Source of the DNA: Malacoraja senta
Lineage: Eukaryota
DNA length: 42,223 bases
Assembly (NCBI GenBank): GCA_038087875.1
Contig: JAXLNO010000244.1
Span: 1-42,223, forward strand
Direction: 5' to 3'
The notes beneath the pieces were generated by a model. The model was not told the origin of the DNA. It saw only the letters and a list, made by a program, of their open reading frames with translations, and did no database searches. Below are positions 23,539 through 36,336 of the stretch, piece after piece. Each line of letters starts with the position of its first letter. The stretch's first letter is position 1. The translations under genes and the position numbers were made by a program.

Positions 23539-25172
23539 TAGTGCCCTTCATAATGTTTGGGACAAAGACCCATCCTTTATTTATTTGCCTCTGTATTCCA
23601 CAATTGAGATTTGTAATAGAAAAAAATCACATGTGGTTAAAGTGCACATTTTCAGATTTTATTAAAAGGTATTTTTACACATTTTGTTTTCACCATGTAG
23701 AAGTTACTGCAGTGTTTATACATAGCCCCCCACCCCCCTCTTTCAGGGCACCATGTTTGTGAAAAAGCAATATAATGTAAATGAAAGTAGTCATGTTCAG
23801 TATTTTGTTGCATATCCTTTGCATGCAATGACTGCTTGAAGTCTGCGATTCATGGACATCACCAGTTGCTGGGTGTCTTCTCTGGTGATACTCTGCCAGG
23901 CCTGTATAGCAGCCATCTTTAACTTATGCTTATTTTGGGGGCTAGTCCCCTTCGGTTTTCTCTTCAGCATATAAAAGGCATGCTCAATTGGGTTCAGATC
24001 GGGCGATTGACTTGGCCACTCAAGAATTGACCATTATTTAGCTTTGAATACTCCGTTGCTTTAGCAATATGCTTGGGATCATTGCTTGCTGTAGAATGAA
24101 CCGCCAGCCAATGAGTTTTGAGGCATTTGTTTGAACTTGAGCAGATAGGATGTGTCTGTACACTTCAGAATTCATTATGCTACTATCATCAGCAGTTGTA
24201 TCATCAATGTAGATATGTGAGCCAATACCTTCAGCAGCCAGGCCATAACACCCCCACCACCGTGTTTCACAGATGAGGTGGTATGCTTTGGATCTTGGGC
24301 AGTTCCTTCTCTCCTCCATACTTTGCTCTTGCCATCACTCTGATATAAGTTAATCTTTGTCTCATCTGTCCACAAGACCTTTTTCCAGAACTGTGGTTGC
24401 TCTTTTAAGTACTTCTTGGCAAACTGTGACCTGGCCATCCTATTTTTACAGGTAACCAGTGGTTTGCATCTTGCAGTGTAGCCTCTGTATTTCTGTTCAT
24501 GAAGTCTTCTGCGCACAGTGGTCACTGACAAATCCACACCTGACTCCTGAAGAGTGTTTCTGATCTGTCGGTGTTTGGGGGTTTTTTCTTTATTATAGAG
24601 ATAATTCTTCTGTCATCAGCTGTGGAGGTCTTCCTTGGCATGCCATCCCTTTGCGATTAGTAAGCTCACCAGTGCTCTCTTTCTTCTTAATAATTTTCCA
24701 AACAGTTGATTTTGGTAAGCCTAAGGTTTGGCTGACATCTCTAACAGATTTATTCTTGTTTCTCAGTCTCATAATGGCTTCTTTGACTTTCATTTGCACA
24801 ACTTTGGTCCTCATGTGATAAATAATATAAAAGTTTCCAAAGATGATGGAAAGACTGGAGGAAAGACTAGGTGCTGAGAGCTCTCTTATACCTGCATTAA
24901 GAAGGCAATTAAACACGCCTAGCAATTACAAACGCCTGTGAAGCCATGTGTCCTAAACATTATGTTGCCCTGAAATGGGGGGGACTATGTATAAACACAG
25001 CTGTAATTTGTACATGGTGAAACTAAAATGTATAAAAATACCCTTTAATAAAATCTGACAATGTGCACTTTAACCACATGTGATTTGTTTCTATTACAAA
25101 TCTCAAATTGTGGAGTACAGAGGCAAATAAATAAATGATGGGTCTTTGTCCCAAACATTATGGAGGGCTCTG
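23539..25172 (-). mobile_element. Tc1 transposon, second family, frameshifted transposase (ATG ~24814)
   Basis: ~220-bp TIRs gtgcccttcataatgtttgggacaaagaccc / gggtctttgtcccaaacattatggagggctctg|TA; KVLWTDETKINLYQSDG, VKHGGGGVMAW. Confidence 0.92.
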
Positions 25173-26399
25173 TATGTCAACCCACACCCACAGTAAAGTT
25201 GTGACACTTAACTACTCTCTGAAATGGGCCTAGAAAGACATTCAATTATATCAGCAATGAATGAAACCACCCAGCATTGACAAAGGCGTGGCAAAGTCAG
25301 TCGCCGGATATTGCACTCGAACAGGGTCTCCCCTCTGGCTCCCATGAGTCATAGGGCACTGCGGTGGTTTAAAGAGCACACCTGAGGATTCCTTTCTAAA
25401 TCACATTACAGCCGATGTGCCACAGTGTTGACAATGTTTTGTCTACACAGATGTAGCAAAATGCCAAATTACATTTCAACTGTTTGTAACCGTGTAGTTT
25501 GACATGGTGGGGGGCAGATACAATAGTAGTGTTTAAGAGGCTTTTGATAGGCACATGGATTTACAGGGAATAGAGGGATATTGATTATGTGCAGGCACAT
25601 AAATATTTCTATCATGTCCACCATGACATTAATTCATGCCTTGCCCAAAAAAGGCAAGTATCACACAGATAACATGAAGAGTATCAGCATGCTGCTGGGT
25701 ATGCACTCATGTGTTTCTCTGCTCTTCTACATTTCTCAATCTCCTGTTGTGCATTCTTTTCCCAAAATTATTCCATTTGGAAAAGATTGATACATTTTTC
25801 TCCTAATCGAGCATTGTGTGAATTTTGGAGACGCAAGACACTGCAATCCTGGAATCTGGAGCAAACATAAACTGCTGGTGGAACGCAGCAGGACAAGCAG
25901 CCTCTAAATATGCTTTTTGACCTGCGTCCTTTTTCCAGCAGTTAGTATTCTGCTAATTTTGATATAATTTGTAAACCTCTTAATAATGGCTGCCATTTTT
26001 AATTCAAAACATTGATATAATCAGAATGACAAGGGAGAGCGTGGAGTATCCCCAAATGCATACAGATCCATCAAGTTGGTTTACTTTCCTTATGTGGCAG
26101 GATAATTTCAAATACTGCAACATTTCTCATTGGAAAACGCTGGAACATCATTCTTAAACTTGGAATAACTTAAAGTATGCAACACATGTTTTTGAGATGA
26201 TATTCATGGTGACAACCTCAAATCTAAAGGTAAGATTATCGAATTCCATTTAAATAGCAGAAATTCTGGATCGCAGTCTTTCATCAGCAGTTTTCTTTTA
26301 AGCATCAATTAGATTACTGTACTTTCATTTCCAAGTGAATTTTTGCATGAAAACTGAAATTTACTGCATAAGAACTTCAACAAAAATATATTCACTTAC

Positions 26400-26428
26400 T
26401 TTACAACTGTGCCATACTTGGTAAAAAT
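26400..26428 (-). CDS. ZCRB1: ZCRB1 coding exon 2 (29 nt)
   Basis: tttccttgcag| IFTKYGTVV(K) |gtaagt; phases match both neighbours. Confidence 0.93.
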
Positions 26429-26829
26429 CTGCAAGGAAAAGAGTCATGAATTAAAATTAGGTTTACTCAGAACAAAAATAAAAATAGTGCATTATTAATA
26501 GTGCATAATTTCTCATGATTAATTCATAGCAATTGTTGATGGGGAAAAGTTAAAGCTTTCACCTGATTAGAACAAATTTAAAAGAAACCAATTGTATTCT
26601 TGGTGCTTTGGCAACAATAAATCCTTACAATTCTTTGGTAAACTGGGCAGCACAGTAAATTCCAATCTAGATGATGGATGAGAATAACGAGAAAATTCTG
26701 GATACATTTCAAGTTCGTAGTTGAGTAACTCCCCTTAAGGAATCTCATGTTGCCATTATTCAAGATATCAACCAAAGGTTCAAAACCATGTTTAATAATT
26801 TTATGATAAACCACAAATTCAAAATAGAG

Positions 26830-27540
26830 GCAGTGGCTGAAGAGCGCAGCTCCAGCAGTGAGGATTGTACAAAGCTGGTCACGGGAAGCAGAGAAACTCT
26901 GTGACTGCTAGACTGGGCAAGAGCTGAACTTACCGACTTCACAAGGAAATGTATGGAGTTCCCACCAAGATCATCCGATTGTTCCCTAACCAGAACCCTT
27001 GGATGAACCAGGAGATCCACATTCTACTGAGGACTGTATCTTGGGCATGCAGGTCTGTTGATACGTCATATGAGAAATCCAGGTACCATCTGGATAAGTA
27101 GACAAAAGATGCTGGAGAAACTCAGCGGGTGAGGCAGCATCTATGGAGAGAAGGAATAGGTGACGTTTCGGGTCGAGACCCTTCTTCAGGCATCAAGATA
27201 AGGTCATCAGAAAAACAAGGAGACGATTTCAGTCTAAAGTAGAGAATGTGACGGACGTTAGGCAGCCATGGCTGGGCATATTTGACATCACTTCCTACAA
27301 GATGAAACCAAGTGGTAGCTCAAGCTACAGCAAGCCATCATTCCTGGTCAAGATCAATGCTTTCGACGTTCACTTCGAAAGGGAAAACATCATGGTACTC
27401 TCTCGGAAGCCCCGGCTGAGATCGATGTTAGAAGATTCTTCATGAAGGTGAACCCTTGGAAAGTGATGGTATCCTGGCTGCATTCTTAAAACCTGTGTTG
27501 TCCAACTGGCTGAAGTTTTTGCGGATATCTTCAATCTCTC
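26830..27540 (+). mobile_element. Degraded Rex1/Babar LINE fragment with nested Penelope end
   Basis: ttccctaaccagaacccttggatgaac (FPNQxPWM motif); homologous to 35130-35720. Confidence 0.7.
27098..27189 (-). mobile_element. Penelope 3'-end fragment with an intact hammerhead core
   Basis: Reverse complement CTGAAGA-a-gggtc-tc-gaccc-GAAA-cg-TC-acctattcc; gataa repeated on the flanks. Confidence 0.75.
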
Positions 27541-27544
27541 AGTC

Positions 27545-28470
27545 ATTAGTCACACCACTAATCACAGGCTTCCAGTCCAAAATGCAACCTTTCACCATCA
27601 TGATCTGCTTCCTTCCATGAAGCCAATTTTCTATCCAGTCAGCTATCTCTTCTTTGATCCCATGAGATCTAACCTTCCAGAGCAGCCTAGCATGCAGAAC
27701 CTTGTCAAAGGCCTTGCTGAAATCCATATATACGTCTGCAGCTCTAGTCTCATCAACCTTTTTGGTCACATCTTCAAAAAACTCATACAAAACCGTGCTG
27801 GCTATCCCTAATGAGCCCATGTTATATTAGTGATCTAGACATAAATGTAGATAGGTTGGTGAGTAGGTTTGTTGACTATACCAAAATTGGAGGAATTGCA
27901 GACTGATGAATGCTGTCAGAAATACAGTGGGATTTAACCCAAGCAAGTGTGAGGTGATGCATTTTGGAAGGTTCAATGTAAGGAGAGATTATACGGTGAT
28001 GACAAGACTCTTAACAGCATTGATTTGCAGAAGGATCTTGGAGTCCAAGTTCATAGCTCATTGAAGGTGGCAGCACTAGAAGATAGGGTGGTTAAGGTGT
28101 ATGGTATGCTTGCCTTCATTGCGAGGGGCATTGAATATAAGAATCAAGAAGTCATGACCCAGCTTCGGACTTTGGTTAGGCCGTATTTGTAGTATTGCTT
28201 CCAGTTCTGGTCGCCCCATTACAGGAAAGATGTGGAGGCTTTGGAGCAGGTGCAGATGAAGTTTACCAGAATGTTGCCTGGATTATAGGGTTACAGCTAC
28301 AGAGATAGGCTTGGATTGGTTTCTCTGGAATGTCAGCGGTCCAGAGGAGACGAGAGAAGTATAAAAAATTATCAGAGGCATAGATACAGTAGACAGTCCC
28401 AGGGGGGAAATGTCCAACACTGGAGGGCATTGTTATAAAGTCAGAGGGGGAAAGTTTAATGGAGATATTA
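27545..28470. mobile_element. CR1 fragments (minus ~27545-27815, plus ~27820-28470)
   Basis: MDFSKAFDKVLHARLLWKVRSHGI on minus; RT C-terminal region on plus. Confidence 0.8.
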
Positions 28471-28479
28471 TCCTTCCAC

Positions 28480-30205
28480 CGCATTCTTGGGTCTTTATCA
28501 GTAAACCAGTTATGAATCTATAAGACCAAATCACTGCAAATCCTGTGCAACTTAATCTTCTAGATAGGACTACCATGGGGAACTTTATCAACTTTATGAA
28601 GGCCTTTGAGCACATAGTCCTCACCCATCTGAAAATACACACTGCCCCCATCATGGACCCTTTTCAATTTGCATACAGCGCCAACCGGTCTGTGGAGGAT
28701 GCTATCAACCTAGCTCTTCACTACTCCCTACATCATTTGGAATCACCGAACACTTATGCACACATCCTGTTTATAGATTTTAGCTCAGCCTTTAATACTA
28801 TACACCCAATTAAACTCTACAATAAACTGTTGGACATGGGCATTCACCTAGCCATGTGCCATTCCATTTTACATTTTCTTACAAACAGACAACAAAGAGT
28901 CAAGGTGGGTGAAAAACTCTCCAGCCCTCTGACTATCAATACAGGAGCCCCTCAAGGGTGCGTTCTGTCACCTCAGCTCTTCTCACTTTACACCAACAAC
29001 CTCACATCCCAATGCAGCTCAGTTAAAATTTTCAAATATGCAGACGACACGACAATAATTGGCCTCATCTCAGACAACAATGAATCACAATACCATCAAA
29101 CAGTGGACAGTGCAGTCAAATGGTGCGCAGAAAACAAGCTCCAGCTCAACACCTCAAAAACCTTAGAAACCATCATAGATTTCAGACGCAAACAAAACCT
29201 CAAACCCGCGGTCCATGTCAACTCCCATCCCATAACCTCCACGAACTTATTTAAGTTTCTGGGCACCTATATCTGCAATAATCTAAAATGGCACATCAAT
29301 GCTGACCACATCATTAAGAAAGGACAACAACGCCTATACTTCCTCAGACAGCTCAAGAAGTTCAGAGTCCACAAACACCTCCTGGTACGCTTCTATCAAT
29401 CCATCATTGAAAGCATCATCACCTCCTCAATCACAGTCTGGTACGGAAACACTGACAGTCACTCACTACACAGAATACAGCGCATTGTCTCCAAGGCCTC
29501 TAGGATCATCAACTCTCCCCTCCCCTCAATCCATTCCATTTACCTCCAACGTATTCAAAACGGGCAACAAAGATCATCTCGGACCCCTCCCATCCAGCAA
29601 ACCACCTTTTCCAGTCTCTCCCTTCAGGGAGGCGCCTTAGGTCACTTACTACAAAATCCACCCGTTTTAAAAACAGTTTCTTCCCCTCAGCAATAAGAAC
29701 ACTTAATTCCCTCCAATAACTTTTTGACTTTGATGTATACAGTGTCTTGTCTATGGTTTTTGTCTGTTCTTTTGCACTATGTATTGTTGGTGAGATTTGT
29801 GATTTGTGATGTGCTTTATTATTATTGTTGTTAGTGTTAATGTGCTAAAGCAGTGTACCATCATGTACCGAACCCAATTACCACCAACCCTGGTCGTGTG
29901 GCAAATAAAGTTTCTATTCCATTCTATTCTATTCTAAATGTCTTGCCATGTAGACACCATCCACTGCCCTAACCTCATCAATCATCTTTGACACCTCAAA
30001 AAAAATTGATCAAGTTAGTAAGTCACAACCTGTTCCTAATTAACCCAATCTCTTCCAAATGGGAGCAAATCCAATCCCGAAGAATCATCTCCCATATCTT
30101 AGTACCACTGACACGAGTCGCACGACTTCCCCTTCTTAAATAAAGGAACAACATTAGCCACTCTCCGGTCTTCCAGTACCTCGCCTGTGACACAAGAAGA
30201 CACAT
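28480..30205 (-). mobile_element. CR1 RT fragment split by a Rex1 insertion
   Basis: 28480-28575 and 29937-30205 are consecutive parts of CR1 RT (LIKFPMVV region; EMILRDWICSHLEEIGLIRN). Confidence 0.65.
28577..29936 (+). mobile_element. 5'-truncated Rex1/Babar LINE with a long open RT frame
   Basis: MKAFE...DPFQFAY...FIDFSSAFNTI...TGAPQGCVLSP...KYADDT; frameshift near 29560; aataaa plus (ctatt)n tail. Confidence 0.93.
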
Positions 30206-31283
30206 AGATCTTGCATCTGTGTAATGTCTTTCACGATTGCAGGATGACCTAGAGTAAAATTCAGTGGTGTTGCAGGATTGCTACATCTGCTTTAATGCAG
30301 GAAATGTATCAATGTGCAAACAACAAGTTCCTCTAATGGTATAAAGGAATGGATGATCCATTTGGAAATACCAGAGCCGGTTGAGATTTTTGTATTTCTT
30401 TTCAACTCATAGACAAAATCCACATGGTTATTTGCAAAAATGGAACCCATGCATCACCTGAAGGTAGCCTGGTTCTCTTTACCCTCAGATTCTCTGAATG
30501 GTTGATCAGAAAAGTCATCTGCAGCATTACCTCCTAGGGGAATGCTTCTTTTACTTCTGTGATGTCTGGAGCAGGTTTTGCATCCTTGGAGATGAAAATG
30601 CATAACAATATTCTTTTCCAAAAGAGCACTGTCACAGCTATACTAAAAATACTTATTTAGTAGAGTAAACACCTTCCTTACTAATTTGTTTCAAAAAGAT
30701 TCATTACCCCTTCCTTACATTTAAATCTTGCTGCAATGATCTTGCTTTTTCCCTCAATCATCACCAAGCACTGTGGAACATGTTGATGCTGATCTACCAA
30801 CATGCTTAATCCTTTTTACAGTTTTATTGACAGCAACCTCTCTGCACTTCATAATTCATGATCCATTTGCAGGGATAACATTTTCTGCAATCAATCAAGG
30901 TCAACTTCCAATAGAGCATTGTACTTCGGTGAATGCTAAGATTTTTCCTCAGCCATGCCATATTTTATAGGGGTATACTTTCATTCTTGTCGTCAAATGT
31001 GGTCTGTGCAAGTTTCATGGTTAGTTTCAAGGTTTCATTATGTCAAATGGAGCCCACTATGTCAAGTAGTTTCAAGTCTGCATCAACAAAATACTGCTGT
31101 CAACCTAATGGATAGTGATCTAGTTGACGTATGTGATATTAAATGTAATTTATTACATATATCACCAAAGGTGGATTGGAGGCTCTTATAATGTTAGTAT
31201 AGGATTCAACAGAGATAGGTCGAATGCTGGAGCATGTGTATTATCAATAATAACATTACATTAAATAATATTAGCAGAACACG

Positions 31284-31419
31284 CGGTGGGAGATTGCAAC
31301 CTTCACGTGGTCCACCCTGTTTCAACGAATGCAATCAACCTGGCGTGCACAAACAGAAGATCAAACAGAACAAGTTGTCTTACAACTTTAGGCTGTGCAC
31401 GCCATACGCAAGAAGAAGA
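31284..31419 (+). mobile_element. Short 3' end of a non-LTR element with (AAG)n tail (RTE-like, inferred)
   Basis: Flanked by direct repeat agcagaaca (31273-31281 and 31420-31428). Confidence 0.55.
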
Positions 31420-31421
31420 AG

Positions 31422-31724
31422 CAGAACATGGTGGTGCAGCGATAGAGTTGCTGCCTTACCGCGAATGCAGCGCTGGAGACCAGGGTTCGATCCCGACAAT
31501 GGGTGCTGTCTGCACGGAGTTTGTACGTTCTCCCCGTGACCTGCGTAGGTTTTCTCCAAGATCTTCGGTTTCCTCCCACACTCCAAAGACGTACAGTCAT
31601 TGGCTTGGTAAATGTAAAAATTGTCCCAAGTGTGTAGGATAGTGTTAATATGTGGGGATCGCTGGTTGGCACGGACCCGGTGGGCCGAAGGGCCTGTTTC
31701 CATGCTGTATCTCTAAACTAAAAA
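31422..31724 (+). mobile_element. tRNA-derived SINE
   Basis: A-box-like tggtgcagcgatag, B-box gttcgatcc (31485-31493), CR1-like tail gggccgaagggcctgtttcc...ctaaactaaaa. Confidence 0.9.
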
Positions 31725-31826
31725 CCAAATTTCGTTTGAGCCTCAATGAGGTTCAAATGACAACAAATAAATTGTATCATTGTATTGTATCGTATCAAAT
31801 ATATTTTTCCCTATTCCCACCATTAA

Positions 31827-32870
31827 GTAGGTATGTTACAAAACTTACCTTCAGTCGCGCTGTAATTCTGCCACTGGCCGTGTGCGCGATTTTGGCGCCT
31901 TTAAGGGGGGGCGGGGTTAAAACGCGGGTTTCTCCTCCCTTGTCCTGGTTAATATTTTGTTGGAGTACAAGCGTTGGCTGAAGAATCGTTCCTAGTGGCC
32001 TTTTGTGTATTTTTTATTTTTATTAAATCGTCAATGTCAGCGTTAGAGTAATTTTAAAAGCAGCTCCTGAAGCGTCAACGCCGATAACGGGGACGGATTT
32101 CACACACGGGACAGGTAAACGAAAGTGGTTTCTTTAAATGTATAAAAGTGCTTCTTAAGAAGCCTTTAATTCACATTTTTTCATGCGACACGGTGATTTT
32201 ATTCCCCGAATTAACGGCAGTATTTTTCATGCCAATACGGGGTTAAATTCACCGCAAATCAACATTCCAAAAGATCGCGTTCCAGAAATCCTCACTCACA
32301 AGATGATTTAAATGCCCATTAATTTACAGGTATTAAAGATTCAATTCCTTCCATTTGGCCTGTAAATTCATGAAAATGAGATTTAAAAATTATGTTATAT
32401 TGTGAATTATTGTGTGAATGTTATTTGGACACGTAGGCTATTTAAAAATGTTAATCTATTCTTAAGAAATTGATAGATGTTTAGATCTAGTAATTGAATT
32501 TTGTAATTAGCTACAATTAGGTAACTAACTAATTATATGCTTTACTTTCATGTCTTGTAAGTAAGATTGTTTCATATTTGTTTCAGAATGCTTCAATCTA
32601 TAATAACTGAAAATTTCTTTCAGTTATCTTAATTTTTAAGAAAGTTATGGGCATTTAACTGTCCTCGATCACAGCTTTTGTGTTAAGTCAATGGAAAAGC
32701 AATAGGGAACAAGATGCTAATTTCCGAGTATGAAAATGGCCATAACTTCTTTAATACTGAAGATATGAAAGTGAATTAGGTGCCAAATTAAACTTATTTT
32801 TATGCTTTATCTGATGGGATAAATTGCAGGCTTTATTTTTTAAATCTCAAAATTTTGTAACATTGCTACA
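31827..32870. mobile_element. Kolobok-like non-autonomous DNA transposon
   Basis: TTAA at 31823-31826 and 32871-32874; short TIRs gtaggtatgttacaaaa / ttttgtaacattgctac. Confidence 0.65.
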
Positions 32871-33615
32871 TTAAGGCAAAGAATGCTTTGTAAATCAAGT
32901 ACAAGTACTGTTATAACAACAACAAAAAATCACAATTTAAACATTGATACATTGAGGTATATCTGCACAAAAATCAGTAGAAAACTTTGCACAATCAAAA
33001 TAATTTTAAACATTGACAACATCACCTGGCCAAGCTGACCCCTGCAACTCCAATCAAGTGCCGCTAGGACAACAGGCCTTTAAGGCCAAGTTAAGACTCT
33101 ACATTTTTAACAACTATGCACAAGATGGGAAACATGTGTACTGCCTTTATATTCTTAATCTACTATTCTTACACTCTTGTACTTACGAGTGATTGTGCCT
33201 ATATAGAGTAGTATTTTTACTGAACTGTATGCAAAAAAATAATTTCACTGTATCTAGGTACATATGATAATAAAGTACCTAATAACTCATTTCGGGGTCT
33301 AGAATCTGTATAGATACCGTGACTACAATAATTGCTCTAATTAATTACTTATGAAGCAGGTTGTAGCATGCCAAAGACACGATAAGTTTGAGATAAAAAT
33401 ATAAATTATTTGTTCTTTAACGCTGTTCCATTCAAGATCCAGGACAATTTTTGTCATCTACTAAAATATCAAGTCAGTTTAAGCCCCGTATTCCATAATA
33501 TTATTTGAAAAGCATAAATACTTTTGAAGAAAATATTCTTGCAGCAAAGAATATTGTTCAGTGTACAATAATGTAACTCCCAACACATCTATTCAACAAT
33601 GAATATACGTTTTAC

Positions 33616-33699
33616 CTTGTGCAGATCACTATTAGTCAGTGAAAATGGCAAATTTGATACATATACTGTGCTTTTACTTGGTGCCAGACCTCCACTCAT
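33616..33699 (-). CDS. ZCRB1: ZCRB1 coding exon 1 (start codon)
   Basis: [28 protein letters not shown] |gtaaaa; RNP2 motif VYVSNL; upstream acceptor candidates at 33711-33712 and 33735-33736 imply a non-coding first exon. Confidence 0.97.
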
Positions 33700-34959
33700 T
33701 TTCTTTTCATCTAAAATTCTTCCTTCACAGGTAACTACAAGAGATAGAAAAATCGCAGTGATAGATGTAACCTTGTTTGATGTAATGGTAGCAGCTACAC
33801 AAGTGAATATTTATTCAAGTAGATGCATCTATACATGTGTAACATTCAAGATATTTAGAACAAGGTAATGAAACTTTTTCACCGGATCAATAGTGTTTAA
33901 AGCACTCAAAATCGTCATCAGAAATGCAAAAGCATGCACAACAACGTGACAAAGTTTTAGATTAGCAGCTCACATATAAACAACCTTTCTTTATTTAATG
34001 TGCAATTCAAACATACTATGACAAATCAAATTCAGCTCACAAAATTTTATTATCTGGATTTTATGGTTAAAACTGTCATCTTTATATCCTCATTCTCAAA
34101 ATTAATAAATTTTTCACTGACAAATTATCCAAGGTTACAACGAGCTTGAATTGAGAAGACATTAGTCAATATATGACTTCTGCATCCAAGTTTTTAGTAA
34201 TTCTTCATATTCAGTGTGATACTGAAATATATTGTTAATATTTTGGACTATCTTCTAAATCTTATTTTCACTTATAAAGTTACAAATTACTAGAAACAGC
34301 TTTCAGAATTATTATTATTATTATTATAACTAAAACAGCAAAAAAGAAAGTCAAGAAATGTATAGGATGGAAACATACTTCATGCAGACCATCAAGCACC
34401 CTTTTACAATAAAAGCACAAAAAACAGCTGGATGAACTCAGCAGATTAGGCATCATCTGTGGAAGGAGATGGACAATGGTGCTTTATTATCACTGCACAG
34501 TGAAATTCTTTTTGCATAGATCACACATGCACGAGTCGCCATATTTTGGTGCCATTTACAAAAGGTCCAAAGTCCGGACCAGGCGCTCGATGCACTGGAG
34601 CAGTTCCAAGTAAGCCCCAGGCTTCTTCAGGACGTCCTCCGTCGCGCTCAACCACCTCGGCCCATGGACCAATGTCCCTCTTCCTGCCCGACAGCCTAAG
34701 TTATCTGGAGGAGCCGCCTGCAGCCGACCTTGAAGGTCCTGGAGACAATACCCTGGTACCTCTTCTACCGCCCACTCATCGCGTCTGCTGTCGCCAGCGG
34801 CTCCCTCCTCGGCTTTGGGGCTGAGCTTGGCAGCTTCTAACTTTTAACTATTTTTAATCAGACTTTATCTTGCACTAAATGTTGTACACTTTACATCTGT
34901 ACACGGTGGTCGGATTGATTGTATAGTCTTCTTGGACTGGATAGCATGCAATAGAAGCG

Positions 34960-36200
34960 TGGTATGGCTCCAGCATATCTATCCATTCGCCGGCAAGACC
35001 ATCAGATAGCTGTGCTTCTATTCCCTGCCGACAAACAAAAGCTGAAGCAGGAAGATCCGGTACAGAAAGTTGTTCTGCATTGTCTGCTGACACAGATGAC
35101 ATCCAACACGACTGCTTTGAGTCAGTGGACTGGTCCTGATTCAGGGAATCTGCAGTCAACCCGAATGAGTACGCCACTGCCGCAATTGACTTTATCAGCA
35201 AGTGAGTAGTAGAGTGCGTGCCAAAGAACACAATCCGAGTGTTCCCCAACTGGAAATCATGGATCAAGCGTGAGGTACATTCCCAGGTGAAGGCCAGGTC
35301 CACTGCACACAAGACAAACGAACCCGAGTGGTACAAGAAAGCTCACTATGATCTTTGCAAAGCCATCTGGAATGCCAAGAGACTATACTAGGACAAAGTT
35401 GTGTCACAGTATAACCATTCAGACATCCATAGACTGTGACAAGGCCTGAAAACTATAACTGGCTGCAAATCGCTGGTGATGGTGCAGCCCTCCCTGAAGT
35501 GAATGCATTCCATGCTTGCTTTGCGTAGAAGGCCATCGGGGCGACGACATCCATCCCATCAGACTTGAGTGTGCCTTTTCCCATGGTCACTGGTGCAGAA
35601 GTTAGATTGGCCTTCCTGAGAGTGAACCCATGGAAAGCAACTGGCCGGAGAGTGTCCCTGGCCCCAGCCTTAGGGACTGCATGTATCAAATGGCGGGAGT
35701 GTTCGTGGACATCTTTAATCTCTCCCTACTTTTCTCCGAGGTACCCACCTGCTTCAAGAAGACTATTAACATCCCAGTGTCAAAGAAAAACAAGGGTTCA
35801 TGCCTTAATGACGACTGTCCAGTGGCCTTGACATCCACTATCATGAAGTGCTTTGAGAGGCTGATTATAGAACACATTAAATCCAGCCTACCAAGCAGCC
35901 ATGATCCACTATAGTTCGCCTCCTGCCATAACAGGTCCACAGCTGATGCCATCTCCCTGGCTCCACACTATCCCTAGAATGCCTGGATAAGAAAGATGCC
36001 TACGTCAGCTTTCTATTCATAGATGACAGCTCTCAATACCATTATCCCATCTCCAAACCTGTGGAACTTGGAGCCAGCACTCACCTCTGAACTTTTTTTT
36101 CTCATTTATTATACAGTGTACTATGATTACATATTCTGTTGTGCTGCTGCAAGTAAGAATTTCATTGTTCTATCTGGGACATATGACAATAAAACACTCT
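34960..36200 (+). mobile_element. Degraded Rex1/Babar LINE with internal deletion and 3' end
   Basis: DIFNLSL...VPTCFK...PVALTSTIMKCFERL; tail gctgctgcaagtaagaatttcattg...aataaaacactct. Confidence 0.85.
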
Positions 36201-36336
36201 TAGACAATAGACAATAGGTGCAGGAGTAGGCAATTTGGCCCTTCGAGCCAGCACCGCCATTCACTGTGATCTTGGCAGATCATCCACAATCAGTACCCCG
36301 TTCCTGCCTTCTCCCCATATCCCTTCGCTATCTTTA
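36200..36336 (-). mobile_element. CR1 LINE extreme 3' end (continues at 41856)
   Basis: (tagacaa)n tail followed by ggtgcaggagtaggc...cgctatcttta. Confidence 0.75.

Noticed and set aside
28545..29696. 383-aa ORF as a host gene
   Set aside because: Rex1 RT fragment; 5'-truncated, frameshifted near the C-terminus, with a LINE tail
30240..31200. Non-repetitive stretch with a coding-like look
   Set aside because: No sustained frame or recognisable motif; possibly an ancient TE remnant; needs TBLASTX
31431..31500. tRNA gene
   Set aside because: A and B boxes belong to a SINE head continuing into SINE body and CR1-like tail
7808..33615. U12-type introns or a tandem U11-binding enhancer in ZCRB1
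   Set aside because: Donors are gtaaaa, gtaagt, gtgagc, gtgagt, gtacgt and gtattg; I found no tandem RTATCCTT on the sense strand
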